DNA of 64,000 bases from Ignavibacteria bacterium (lineage in GTDB: Bacteria; Bacteroidota; Ignavibacteria; Tepidaquicellales; OLB5): assembly GCA_017303675.1 (NCBI GenBank), contig JAFLBX010000002.1, forward strand, positions 957,642 through 1,021,641, in the 5' to 3' direction. The notes below the pieces were generated by a model, which saw only the letters and a program-made list of their open reading frames with translations, ran no database searches and had not been told where the DNA came from. Both the position numbers and the translations under genes were made by a program. Below, one piece after another: positions 1 through 8,805 of the stretch. The stretch's first letter is position 1, and every line of letters begins with the position of its first letter.

Positions 1-227
1 CTTTACCGGCAGTTTCGAAACATATTAAGATATTAAGTGAAGCGCAGTTTATTATTAAAGAAAAAAAAGGACGGTTTATTTACTGCAGCTATAATTTCAA
101 TGCTATTAAGCCGGCATTGGATTGGATAAATACTCAGCACAGCCTATGGGATAACAGCTTTAACAAGCTAACAGAGTTAATAAAAATCAAAACGATTACT
201 AAACGTGGAAGAAGAAATAAAAGATAA
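1..227 (+). CDS. ArsR/SmtB-family transcriptional regulator, C-terminal fragment (5' end outside window)
   Basis: Frame +3 is open from the window edge to TAA at 225-227. The translation LPAVSKHIKILSEAQFIIKEKKGRFIYCSYNFNAIKPALDWI... fits the ArsR recognition helix/wing pattern. It overlaps the next gene by 23 nt, as in the common ArsR + SRPBCC pairing. Confidence 0.6.
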   Translation, partial: LPAVSKHIKILSEAQFIIKEKKGRFIYCSYNFNAIKPALDWINTQHSLWDNSFNKLTELIKIKTITKRGRRNKR

Positions 228-651
228 AACGCTAATTTATTTAAAAAGAGAATTTCCATGCAGCGCAGAAGAGCTTTTTAAAGCTTTTTTAAAAGAAGAA
301 TTGTTCAGTAAATGGTTCTGTCCCCCGGGATTTGAAGCGGGTAATTTTAATGTATCTCCCTTTGAAGGAGGTGGCTATAAATGTGAATTTTTGAAAGAGG
401 GGAAGCATGTATTAACCATCAAAGGTGAATATAAAGAAATAAAAAAATTCAGTCGCCTTATTTTCACATTAATGTATGATCCTGATCATTCAAATATAGG
501 TAAATGCATAATTACAGTCAGCTTTTCAGGTTCAGATTCAAGAACTACACTTGTACTTAACCAGGAAATAAACGGGAAAATTGAAAGTAGCGGCAGAACC
601 AAAGGCTGGGAATTTATGTTTGGTGTACTTGAAAAATTAATAATAAAATAA
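205..651 (+). CDS. SRPBCC / Aha1-domain (activator of Hsp90 ATPase homolog-like) protein
   Basis: 148-aa ORF with a GTG start. The N-terminus (L.REF.CSAEELFKAF...E.....W) and its position after ArsR are typical of this family. Confidence 0.55.
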   Translation: MEEEIKDKTLIYLKREFPCSAEELFKAFLKEELFSKWFCPPGFEAGNFNVSPFEGGGYKCEFLKEGKHVLTIKGEYKEIKKFSRLIFTLMYDPDHSNIGKCIITVSFSGSDSRTTLVLNQEINGKIESSGRTKGWEFMFGVLEKLIIK

Positions 652-668
652 AATATAACTTAATTATT

Positions 669-1076
669 ATGACAAAAGCAAAAGGAACAAAAGAATATCC
701 ATGGAAGCTGAAAACACCTCCCGGAACGTCAGAGTATGAAATGTACATAGATACAAAAGACGGCAAAGAGGTAATTGTTTGTACGGTCGGTAAAACAGTA
801 TTGCTTTATAATGCTGACTGTATAAAAGACCTGCATACAATGTTAAAAAAACACGGTGACTGGATGGAGCTCGGCTCAACTGATGAACAAAAAGAAGCAA
901 AAGAAGGAACAGTAGAAGCATGGGGAAGATCTCCCAAAAATCCAGTTGGCGGCTGGTATGGTTTAAAAAAAGGTTTAAGAGGACGGTTTGGAATGTACAT
1001 TCCCCCGTTACTGGAAGAATTGGGACTTGCTGAAGTGGAACATAATCCCAGAAACAACAGAATGAGGGCAAAATAA
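669..1076 (+). CDS. conserved hypothetical protein
   Basis: 135-aa ORF with an ATG start and tight spacing to its neighbours. The motif WGRSPKNPVGGWYGLKKGLRGRF looks conserved, but I cannot name the family. Confidence 0.5.
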   Translation: MTKAKGTKEYPWKLKTPPGTSEYEMYIDTKDGKEVIVCTVGKTVLLYNADCIKDLHTMLKKHGDWMELGSTDEQKEAKEGTVEAWGRSPKNPVGGWYGLKKGLRGRFGMYIPPLLEELGLAEVEHNPRNNRMRAK

Positions 1077-1078
1077 TA

Positions 1079-1390
1079 ATGAAAGCAGTAAGAGTACAAT
1101 ACAAGGTTAGACCTGAATATACAGATACCAATAAAAAGAATATCGCCGGAGTTATGAATGAGCTTAAGAAAGCCAATGAAGACGGAATAAAATATTCAGT
1201 TTTTATTAGTGAAGATGATGTAACATTTATGCATTTAGCTGTTTTCAGGCATGAAACAGAACAGAAGAAACTCAATGAAATGGAGTCATTTAAAAAATTC
1301 GCTTCAGAATTACAGGCAAGCATACCTGTTGAGCCTCCAAAACCTGAAACTCTGTTTCTCGAAGGCTCAAACCATTTCATAATCTGGTAA
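1079..1390 (+). CDS. small alpha+beta (ABM/Dabb-like) protein, putative
   Basis: 103-aa ORF starting 2 nt after the previous stop. Size and alternating beta/alpha pattern resemble antibiotic-biosynthesis-monooxygenase-like domains. This is a weak call. Confidence 0.35.
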   Translation: MKAVRVQYKVRPEYTDTNKKNIAGVMNELKKANEDGIKYSVFISEDDVTFMHLAVFRHETEQKKLNEMESFKKFASELQASIPVEPPKPETLFLEGSNHFIIW

Positions 1391-1456
1391 AGATACATTT
1401 TAGCAGAGTTCATTTATATTTTCTTTGCTATCTTATGCATATTTATTTATAGATTA

Positions 1457-2266
1457 GTGGAATATTTAGACAAAGGTAAATATTACGGAGTACCAAATAA
1501 GGTTATAAATCTTGGAGATATTGTTCTCACTGATAACGAGTACGTTCATAAAAAAGTAGACTGGCATTACCACGAAAATGCGTATTTCACATATTTGATA
1601 AAGGGCCGGCTTCAGGAAATAAATAAAAAAGAAACATTTAATTGTAATGCCGGCACTCTGCTTTTCCATAATTGCCAGGATGCGCATTATAATATAAAAC
1701 CGGATGGTTTTACCCGCGGATTCCAGCTTGAATTCAGCTCTGGCTGGCTGCACAAGCATGATTTCAAAACAGAAAATTTTGAAGGCTCAGGAATAATTTG
1801 TGATATTGAGCTTAGAAATATTTTCAATAATATTTATATAGAATCAGTATTAAATGATAATGTTTCGGCTATTTCCATTGAGGCTTTGCTTACAGAGTTT
1901 TTTACAGTTATGAACAGGCAGCATGAGATAAGCAATTCTAAATTACCTTCATGGTTAAAAACAGTGGAAAGCATTTTAACGGAAGAAACCGAAATGCCTC
2001 TAACTCTTGAAAATCTTTCAGAACGCTCCGGTGTCCACCCTGTTCATATTTCAAGGATGTTCCCAAAATACTACGGGACCACTATAGGTAATTATATCCG
2101 CAAAATTAAAATAAATAAAGCTATAGACCTAATTTTCAATTCAGAGCTCTCACTAACTCAAATAAGCGCAGCATGCGGCTTTTCCGATCAAAGTCATTTC
2201 ATCCGTGTTTTCAGAGCTTTCAGCAAAACCACACCGCAATTATTCAGAAAAACACTGAAAAATTAA
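1457..2266 (+). CDS. AraC-family transcriptional regulator (cupin N-domain + HTH)
   Basis: The C-terminal double HTH is present: LENLSERSGVHPVHISRMFPKYYGTTIGNYIRKIKINKAIDLI...LTQISAACGFSDQSHFIRVFRAFSKTTPQLFRK. Confidence 0.85.
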   Translation: MEYLDKGKYYGVPNKVINLGDIVLTDNEYVHKKVDWHYHENAYFTYLIKGRLQEINKKETFNCNAGTLLFHNCQDAHYNIKPDGFTRGFQLEFSSGWLHKHDFKTENFEGSGIICDIELRNIFNNIYIESVLNDNVSAISIEALLTEFFTVMNRQHEISNSKLPSWLKTVESILTEETEMPLTLENLSERSGVHPVHISRMFPKYYGTTIGNYIRKIKINKAIDLIFNSELSLTQISAACGFSDQSHFIRVFRAFSKTTPQLFRKTLKN

Positions 2267-2355
2267 TTTTTAATTTTTCTAAATGTTAATTTCATTCTAT
2301 TTTAGAAATCAGATGTTCATTATCTTTGTTGAAAATTAATTTTTATAAACTATTA

Positions 2356-4014
2356 ATGAAAATACTGCTAATCATTATATCATTAATTACTCTCCCAAAT
2401 GTAATATACTCATTAAATACTTTCGATAGCCTGTTTATTAAAGATAACGGAATTACTTCCGAAGTTCATAAGAACAACACAGGTAAAATTACATTTATGG
2501 AAAGTATTATTCCAGTTGAAAGTTTTACCGAATCTGATTTCCTTAGTTCAATTGAGCTTCTCAACGTAAAAGATCTGAACATTCGTGTGTATCTTAAGAA
2601 TTCGTTGACCAATGAGCTGCACAAACTTGCCCCGGAGCTTTCTGCTGATGAGCTAAATGCCAAGGGCAATTACAGGTTTGAATTTTATGTTGATGATAAT
2701 TTAATGTACTCAGAAGACCTAAATCCCGGCGCGGGTTCAGGTGAGAGTAAAAAAGTAAATACTGTTTTCAGGGTACCGCTGATAAGCTCAACCGGCGAAG
2801 ATTCATGGGGCAGGTTTTTATGGCAGAGATTCATGTTCAAAGGCGGAGAAGATGCCCTTACTGAAGGAACGCATAAGCTTAAAATTATTATTAAGCCGTA
2901 TTTTAAAAATGGATCTGTGATCTACGGTGATGTAATTGCATCCGGTGAAATTTTACTGAACATAAAATACCCCGAAATAAGCGAAGCAGAAAGCCGCATA
3001 CAGTTAATTTCAAGCAATAGCGGCTGGGAAACGGCTGGTGATGTGGTTGATACAGCTATTATCAGAGATCTTAATACCAAAATACTTCAAAATTACTTCA
3101 AAGAAATAACAGGTATTGCAGTAATAAAAAGCGGTGAGCTTGTTTTAGAAGAATATTTTAACGGTTACAACAGGGATTCCCTTCACGATACACGCTCTGT
3201 TGGTAAATCATTTGCATCTGCATTAACCGGTATTGCAATTAATGATGGCTTTATAAAGAGTGAAAATGAAACTTTAAACAAATTTTATGACCTAAAAAAA
3301 TATGATAACTTCAGCCTTGATAAAGAAAAAGTCACTCTTAAAAGCCTTTTAACAATGAGCTCAGGTTTTTACGGGTCTGATCTCGATATGAGCTCCCCCG
3401 GCAATGAGGAAAATATGTATCCCGCTGCTGATTGGGTTAAGTTCGCTTTAGACCTGCCTATGGATAGCCTAAAGACTATCGGTAAGAGCTGGGATTATTT
3501 TACAGCTGGTGTTGTATTGCTTGGTGATATTCTAAATAAATCTGTTCCAAACGGACTGGAAAAGTATTCAGCAGAAAAATTATTTCAACCTTTGGAGATC
3601 AGCAGGTATCAATGGGAATATACCCCGCAGGGTGTGGCAAACACTGCAGGCGGTCTCCGCCTGAGGCTGCTTGACCTGGCAAAATTCGGCTGGCTTTATA
3701 ACAATAAAGGGAAGTATAAAAATAAGCAGATACTGCCTGAAGAGTGGGTTAATAAATCACTGACCCGTCACCTGCAGATACCGGGCAGCGAAAATGAATT
3801 CTATGGTTACCTGTTCTGGAATATGATATTTAATGTAAATGGAATTTCTTACGAAGCATACTATGCAAGCGGAAATGGCGGGAATAAAATATTCATATTT
3901 AAAGAACTGCCTCTGGTAATTGTTATTACATCAACAGCATACAATAAACCATACTCACACAGGCAGGTTAATATAATTTTAGAAAAATATCTGCTGCCGG
4001 CAGTTGTGAAATAA
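2356..4014 (+). CDS. secreted serine hydrolase, beta-lactamase/PBP4* family with N-terminal extra domain
   Basis: The S-x-x-K motif (RSVGKSF) lies in a typical beta-lactamase-fold context. A signal-peptide-like start (MKILLIIISLITLP) begins at ATG 2356; the ORF track starts it at TTG 2326. Confidence 0.75.
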   Translation: MKILLIIISLITLPNVIYSLNTFDSLFIKDNGITSEVHKNNTGKITFMESIIPVESFTESDFLSSIELLNVKDLNIRVYLKNSLTNELHKLAPELSADELNAKGNYRFEFYVDDNLMYSEDLNPGAGSGESKKVNTVFRVPLISSTGEDSWGRFLWQRFMFKGGEDALTEGTHKLKIIIKPYFKNGSVIYGDVIASGEILLNIKYPEISEAESRIQLISSNSGWETAGDVVDTAIIRDLNTKILQNYFKEITGIAVIKSGELVLEEYFNGYNRDSLHDTRSVGKSFASALTGIAINDGFIKSENETLNKFYDLKKYDNFSLDKEKVTLKSLLTMSSGFYGSDLDMSSPGNEENMYPAADWVKFALDLPMDSLKTIGKSWDYFTAGVVLLGDILNKSVPNGLEKYSAEKLFQPLEISRYQWEYTPQGVANTAGGLRLRLLDLAKFGWLYNNKGKYKNKQILPEEWVNKSLTRHLQIPGSENEFYGYLFWNMIFNVNGISYEAYYASGNGGNKIFIFKELPLVIVITSTAYNKPYSHRQVNIILEKYLLPAVVK

Positions 4015-4016
4015 TT

Positions 4017-4676
4017 TCACACTAAATTATCATACTCCCCGTTTAAAAATGGATTTGCGGCTTTTTCCTCGCCTACTGTAGTAGCATCCATGTGTCCCGG
4101 ATAAATGACAAAATCTTCAGGGTATATCATAATTTTGCTGTTAATTGAATCAAGCAATATATCTATATCACCCATCCACAGGTCAGTGCGGCCAATTGAG
4201 CCGCGGAAAACTGTATCACCCCCGAAGATAATTTTCTCTTTTTCATCAACAAAGCATACGCTGCCGGGTGAATGGCCCGGCGTATGAATTATTCTAAACT
4301 CATTGCCCGAAACTTCAATAACATCGCTTTCATCAATAAATTTATCAGGTGCAGGCGGTTTTGGGAACTGCACACCGAACATTGCCGCCTGGTCCATTGC
4401 CCTATCGATAAGCGGCAGGTCTTCTTTGTGCATCAGCACAGGCACGCCAAATGTATCTATTGCCCATTTGTTGCCCATAATGTGATCGATGTGGCCATGG
4501 GTTAGCAGTATGAGCTTTATATTAATTCCGTTGGATCTGATGTAATTCAATATTTCATTTTTTTCAAAATCTTCATAAGCACCGGGGTCGATAATTACAC
4601 CCTCTTTTGTTTTCTCATCCCAATAGATGTAGCAATTCATTGAAAACGGGTTAACTGTGAATGTTTTAGTTGTCAT
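4017..4676 (-). CDS. MBL-fold metallo-hydrolase (glyoxalase II-like)
   Basis: Carries the LLTHGHIDH metal-binding motif, followed by HTPGHSPGS and GD...GR.D motifs. Confidence 0.85.
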   Translation of the reverse strand: MTTKTFTVNPFSMNCYIYWDEKTKEGVIIDPGAYEDFEKNEILNYIRSNGINIKLILLTHGHIDHIMGNKWAIDTFGVPVLMHKEDLPLIDRAMDQAAMFGVQFPKPPAPDKFIDESDVIEVSGNEFRIIHTPGHSPGSVCFVDEKEKIIFGGDTVFRGSIGRTDLWMGDIDILLDSINSKIMIYPEDFVIYPGHMDATTVGEEKAANPFLNGEYDNLV

Positions 4677-4783
4677 AAATTCCTGTTTGCCTGATCACTG
4701 ATCCGGCAGTCGAAACAGCGTTTCGACTTACCTGTTTATAGTATAGTTTTTACTTACTTTTTTAAATATTTTTGCAATTTACA

Positions 4784-5314
4784 ATGAACAACAGGGAAAA
4801 AACAGTCAAACCGAAGCCAACAGGCACAACGGGCAATATGTCAACAGGCAATATGCCTGTTTCAAAACCGCGAAAAGAGGTGGTAATTGCTTTAAATAAA
4901 AAGGCTTATCATGACTATTTGATCCTTGATAAATATGAAACAGGCATCGTACTAAGCGGCACTGAAGTGAAGTCACTTCGTGACCATAAGGCAAGCCTGG
5001 TTGATTCATACGCCCGTGTAAAGAAAAATGAAGTTTGGCTCTTAAACGCTAATATTGCTGTTTACAAGCTTGGGACGTTTACCAATCACGAACCAACCAG
5101 CAGCAGAAAGCTGCTGATGAAAAAAAGTGAGATCAGAAAGCTTGAAAACAAGCTTAAGGATAGGAGTCTTACTTTAATACCGCTCAAATTATATTTTTCG
5201 GGTCCCTTTGTTAAAGTAGAGCTTGGTCTGGCAAAAGGCAAGAAGCAGTATGATAAGCGCGAGTCCATTAAAAAGGCAGATGTACAGAGGCAGCTGAAGA
5301 GAGTGAAAGTATAA
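4784..5314 (+). CDS. smpB: SsrA-binding protein SmpB
   Basis: Has the SmpB core NKKAYHDYLILDKYETGIVLSGTEVKSLR...W.L.N..I.Y. The start is uncertain: candidates are TTG 4772, ATG 4784 and ATG 4853. Confidence 0.85.
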   Translation: MNNREKTVKPKPTGTTGNMSTGNMPVSKPRKEVVIALNKKAYHDYLILDKYETGIVLSGTEVKSLRDHKASLVDSYARVKKNEVWLLNANIAVYKLGTFTNHEPTSSRKLLMKKSEIRKLENKLKDRSLTLIPLKLYFSGPFVKVELGLAKGKKQYDKRESIKKADVQRQLKRVKV

Positions 5315-5324
5315 TTTTTATCAT

Positions 5325-5398
5325 GTCATTCTGAACTTGTTTCAGAATCTGTTTTTTAATATTGATTTAAGAAGACCCTGAAACAAGTTCAGGGTGAC
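5325..5398. repeat. REP-like hairpin doublet in inverted orientation (GTCA..CTGAACTTGTTTCAG..TC)
   Basis: The left copy at 5325-5349 is gtcattctgaacttgtttcagaatc. The right copy at 5374-5398, reverse-complemented, is gtcaccctgaacttgtttcagggtc. Confidence 0.8.
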
Positions 5399-5417
5399 AA
5401 ATTTTTATATAACATAT

Positions 5418-6629
5418 ATGTCATTTCCACCGGTAAAAGAACAAATTGATCATATTAAACGGAATACAGTTGAAATTATTCCCGAAGATGAACTCGTTAA
5501 GAAACTCGAAAAATCCATTAAGGAAAATAAACCACTCAGGATAAAGCTTGGGTGCGACCCTTCCCGTCCCGATCTTCACATTGGGCACGGTGTTGTACTG
5601 CAAAAGCTGCGTGATTTCCAGGACCTGGGACATAAAGCTGTGCTCATCATTGGTGATTTCACAGCAATGATAGGTGACCCTTCCGGCAAAAGCAAAACAC
5701 GACCCGCATTAACAATGGAAGAAACCCGCATAAACGGGAAAACATATTTTGAACAGGCTTCACGCATACTGCTTGAGAAAGATCTTGAGATAAGGTATAA
5801 CTCTGAATGGCTTGATAAGATGACCTTCAGCGATGTTATAAAGCTTTCAAGCAAATATACCGTAATGCAGATCCTTGAGCGTGATGATTTTACCAAGCGT
5901 ATGGCGAGTAAGACTCCCATTAGCCTGCATGAGCTGCTATACCCTTTGAGCCAGGCATATGATTCCGTTGCAGTGCAAAGCGATGTTGAGCTTGGCGGCA
6001 CCGACCAGAAGTTCAATTTACTTGTTGGAAGGGCAATTCAGGAAGCATACGGTCAGCCATCACAATGCATTGTAACATGCGAGCTGCTTGAAGGCACTGA
6101 TGGTGTTGAAAAAATGAGCAAGTCGCTAAACAACGCTATTTGCTTTACAGATTCACCTAAAGATATTTTCGGAAAATCAATGTCGATCCCGGATAAGCTC
6201 ATCTATAAATACTTTACGCTGGGCACAATGCTCAATGATGCTGAGCTGGCTGAAATAAAAAAACAGCTAGATGACCCGGCAACAAATCCACGTAACCTGA
6301 AGGTTCGTTTGGGTTATGAGCTTGTAAAGAAGTATTATGATGAAGAATCCGCGAAATACGCTCAGAATGAGTTTGAGACTATTTTTGTTAAGAAGGAAAT
6401 CCCGGATGATATCCCTGAATTTAAGCTTGACGCAAAAGAAGTAAAGCTGGTTACTATTATTAAAGAAAATAATATGGCGGCAACTTCTTCCGAAGCTATC
6501 AGGTTAATAAAACAGGGCGGTGTAACAATTGACGGTGAAAAGATCACGGATGAAAAGCATATTATCAGGGCTGAAAAGGATTTCGTGCTGAAAGTCGGCA
6601 AAAGGAAGTTTTTGAAGGTAAGGGTTTAG
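5418..6629 (+). CDS. tyrS: tyrosine--tRNA ligase (type 2, C-terminal S4 domain)
   Basis: Has the HIGH motif (DLHIGHGV), the KMSKS motif and a C-terminal S4-like RLIKQGGVTIDGEKI. GTG 5394 lies inside a repeat hairpin, so ATG 5418 is preferred. Confidence 0.9.
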   Translation: MSFPPVKEQIDHIKRNTVEIIPEDELVKKLEKSIKENKPLRIKLGCDPSRPDLHIGHGVVLQKLRDFQDLGHKAVLIIGDFTAMIGDPSGKSKTRPALTMEETRINGKTYFEQASRILLEKDLEIRYNSEWLDKMTFSDVIKLSSKYTVMQILERDDFTKRMASKTPISLHELLYPLSQAYDSVAVQSDVELGGTDQKFNLLVGRAIQEAYGQPSQCIVTCELLEGTDGVEKMSKSLNNAICFTDSPKDIFGKSMSIPDKLIYKYFTLGTMLNDAELAEIKKQLDDPATNPRNLKVRLGYELVKKYYDEESAKYAQNEFETIFVKKEIPDDIPEFKLDAKEVKLVTIIKENNMAATSSEAIRLIKQGGVTIDGEKITDEKHIIRAEKDFVLKVGKRKFLKVRV

Positions 6630-6633
6630 TTTC

Positions 6634-6768
6634 GACCTCACCCCTCTACGAGTCTTCGACTCGAAGAGTCGTAGACCTGCCCCTCTCCTGAAAGGAGAGG
6701 TGAGAAAGACCAATAGCTTTAGGTAATTGCCCCCCTCTCCCTCCGGGAGAGGGGTTGGGGGTGAGGGT
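6634..6768. repeat. B-family structured repeat copy plus second C-rich hairpin
   Basis: gacctcacccctctacgagtcttcgactcgaagagtcgtagacctgcccctctcctgaaaggagaggtgag aligns with the repeats at 47520, 54708 and 55233. It is followed by ccccctctccctccgggagagggg. Confidence 0.75.
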
Positions 6769-6871
6769 TCTTAACAATTATTATATAACGGTTTTAATTT
6801 TTATTTATTATATTTGCGCTGTATAACTCACCTATTTTTATTTAATTATCTAATTGGAGAAATAACAGAAA

Positions 6872-7417
6872 TTGTTCAAACCTACTAAAATCTTTTTCAC
6901 CAAGGGTGTTGGAAGGCATAAAGATTATTTACAGTCATTCGAGCTGGCTCTTCGTATGGCAGGCATAGAAAAATGCAACCTGGTTTCGGTATCAAGTATT
7001 TTCCCGGCAGGCTGCAAAAGGCTATCAAAAGAAGAAGGCGTTAAGCTTCTCGAGCCAGGGCAGATAACATTCTGCGTTATGGCAAGAAATTCCACAAATG
7101 AAGCCAACCGTCTTATTGCATCATCAATAGGGGTAGCATTACCCAGTGACGGCAATCAGTACGGGTATATTTCAGAGCATCACCCGTTCGGCGAATCTGA
7201 AAAAATATCCGGTGAGTATGCCGAAGATATTGCCGCGCAGATGCTTGCTACAACTCTTGGTATTGAGTTTGACCCTGAACAGGCATGGGATGAAAGGGAG
7301 CAGGTTTATAAAGCCAGCGGGCAGATATATAAAACCTTCAATGTTACACAATCAGCCGAAGGCGATAAAGCAGGTATTTGGACAACTGTTATAGCTGCTG
7401 CAGTAATGCTTCCGTAA
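6872..7417 (+). CDS. pdaD: pyruvoyl-dependent arginine decarboxylase
   Basis: The N-terminus [40 protein letters not shown] contains the VSSI self-cleavage serine context. TTG start with GGAGA 11 nt upstream. Confidence 0.8.
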   Translation: MFKPTKIFFTKGVGRHKDYLQSFELALRMAGIEKCNLVSVSSIFPAGCKRLSKEEGVKLLEPGQITFCVMARNSTNEANRLIASSIGVALPSDGNQYGYISEHHPFGESEKISGEYAEDIAAQMLATTLGIEFDPEQAWDEREQVYKASGQIYKTFNVTQSAEGDKAGIWTTVIAAAVMLP

Positions 7418-7437
7418 AGTAAAATTCATCAAGCTAT

Positions 7438-8109
7438 ATGCCAAAAGTGAAGCTTCAAACGGATAATATTAAGGAATGTTTGATAGTATCACATGGCAAA
7501 TTAGTAAAGAGTGACTTAAACTATATATTAAAATTTATTAAGCCCCGTAAGGCATTATTTATAATTGCCTGTGACGGGGCTTCTGAATTTCTGAAAGCCA
7601 GCAGTATCACCCCCGATGTAATTATAGGCGATCTTGATTCCATAAAACCCGCAGTCCTGAAATATTTTTCAAGGAAAAATGTCGTAATAAAAAAAGTATA
7701 TGACCAGAATAAGAACGACCTTGAAAAAGCTATCATTTATGCCCTATCGAAAAAATTCAAGCATATAAATATTATCGGTTTTGGCGGCAAAAGGCTGGAC
7801 CATACTCTGAACAATCTGAGTATACTTAAAAAATTTTACCTTAAGGCTGATATTAGAATATTTGATAATGGTTTCGAAGGTAAAATAATTAACAGGATTG
7901 TTGAAATTGATTGCCGTATTGGTGATACAGTATCACTGATCCCATTACCTGAAGCTGCAGGCATTACTACCAGCGGATTAAAATACCCATTAAAAAACGG
8001 CTCGCTTGAAATTGGAATTCGTGAAGGAGCGTTAAATGAAGCTGTTGCTGAAAAGGTTTCGGTAGAGATTAAATCAGGTGTATTGCTTGTATTAAATAAA
8101 TCTACTTAA
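7438..8109 (+). CDS. thiamine pyrophosphokinase
   Basis: Carries the ACDGAS...IIGDLDSI...DQNKNDLEKAI...GGKRLDH motifs of the TPK catalytic domain plus a C-terminal thiamine-binding-like domain. Confidence 0.75.
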   Translation: MPKVKLQTDNIKECLIVSHGKLVKSDLNYILKFIKPRKALFIIACDGASEFLKASSITPDVIIGDLDSIKPAVLKYFSRKNVVIKKVYDQNKNDLEKAIIYALSKKFKHINIIGFGGKRLDHTLNNLSILKKFYLKADIRIFDNGFEGKIINRIVEIDCRIGDTVSLIPLPEAAGITTSGLKYPLKNGSLEIGIREGALNEAVAEKVSVEIKSGVLLVLNKST

Positions 8110-8121
8110 TTCTATGCATCT

Positions 8122-8217
8122 AATTCTGCGAGGAGCAAAGAGACGAAGCAGTCTCTTTAGAACATATTGCCTGAATTATGAGATTGCTTCGCTGCGCTCG
8201 CAAAATTTAGTTCTATA
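8122..8217. repeat. approximately 97-bp hairpin repeat unit (X family), single copy
   Basis: aattctgcgaggagcaaagagacgaagcagtctc...atgagattgcttcgctgcgctcgcaaaattta. The two arms are imperfect reverse complements. Confidence 0.8.
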
Positions 8218-8224
8218 ATTGAAA

Positions 8225-8521
8225 TTAAAAACTTAATGTATCAAAAAAATCATCCCAATTGGGATTAATTTTGTTTATTAAGTCAATTTTCTTCTTTCTA
8301 GAACCCGCTTTAAGTTGTCTTTCCCTTGCTATGGCATCATCGCCATTTGCAAATAACTCATAATACACTAATTTATTTACATTGTACCTGGATGTAAATG
8401 ATTTTACTGTTTTATTTTTATGATCCAAAACTCTTTGGTATAAGTTTATTGTAAATCCTGTGTACAATACACTGTTATACTTATTTGTCATAATATAAAC
8501 GGCAAATGTTTCCTGGGTCAT
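8225..8521 (-). CDS. GIY-YIG nuclease superfamily protein (UPF0213-like)
   Basis: Has the VYIMTNKYNSVLYTGFTINLYQRVLDHKNK...YYELF......AIARERQLKAGSRKKK signature. Confidence 0.85.
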   Translation of the reverse strand: MTQETFAVYIMTNKYNSVLYTGFTINLYQRVLDHKNKTVKSFTSRYNVNKLVYYELFANGDDAIARERQLKAGSRKKKIDLINKINPNWDDFFDTLSF

Positions 8522-8552
8522 ATTTTATAATATTAATTTTTTAATTCTATTA

Positions 8553-8782
8553 ATGAGATTGCTTCGCTGCGCTCGCAAAATTTATTATTTTCAATTCTGC
8601 GAGGAGCGAAGCGACGAAGCAGTCTCATTAAGAACATATTGCCTGATTTATGAGATTACTTCGCTGCGCTCGTAAAATTTAATATTTTCAATTCTGCTAG
8701 GAGCGAAGCGACGAAGCAGTCTCATTAAGAACTCATTGCATGATCTATAAGATTGCTTCGCTTCGCTCGCAAATTCGCACCT
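8553..8782. repeat. X-family repeat array (half unit + two approximately 97-bp units)
   Basis: atgagattgcttcgctgcgctcgcaaaattta recurs at 8553, 8650 and 8750. aattctgcKaggagcgaagcgacgaagcagtctcattaagaac recurs at 8593 and 8690. Confidence 0.85.
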
Positions 8783-8805
8783 TATATTACAGAAGAGAAA
8801 ATGTT

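Noticed and set aside
667-1413. 248-aa minus-strand ORF
   Set aside because: It is antisense to two well-supported plus-strand genes. Its composition is low-complexity and hydrophobic, typical of shadow ORFs in AT-rich DNA.
8553-8782. Possible CRISPR array, because of regularly spaced repeats
   Set aside because: The units are about 97 bp, directly abutting long imperfect hairpins. There are no unique spacers of CRISPR length, and no cas genes or leader are nearby. I interpret them as a REP/MITE-type array.
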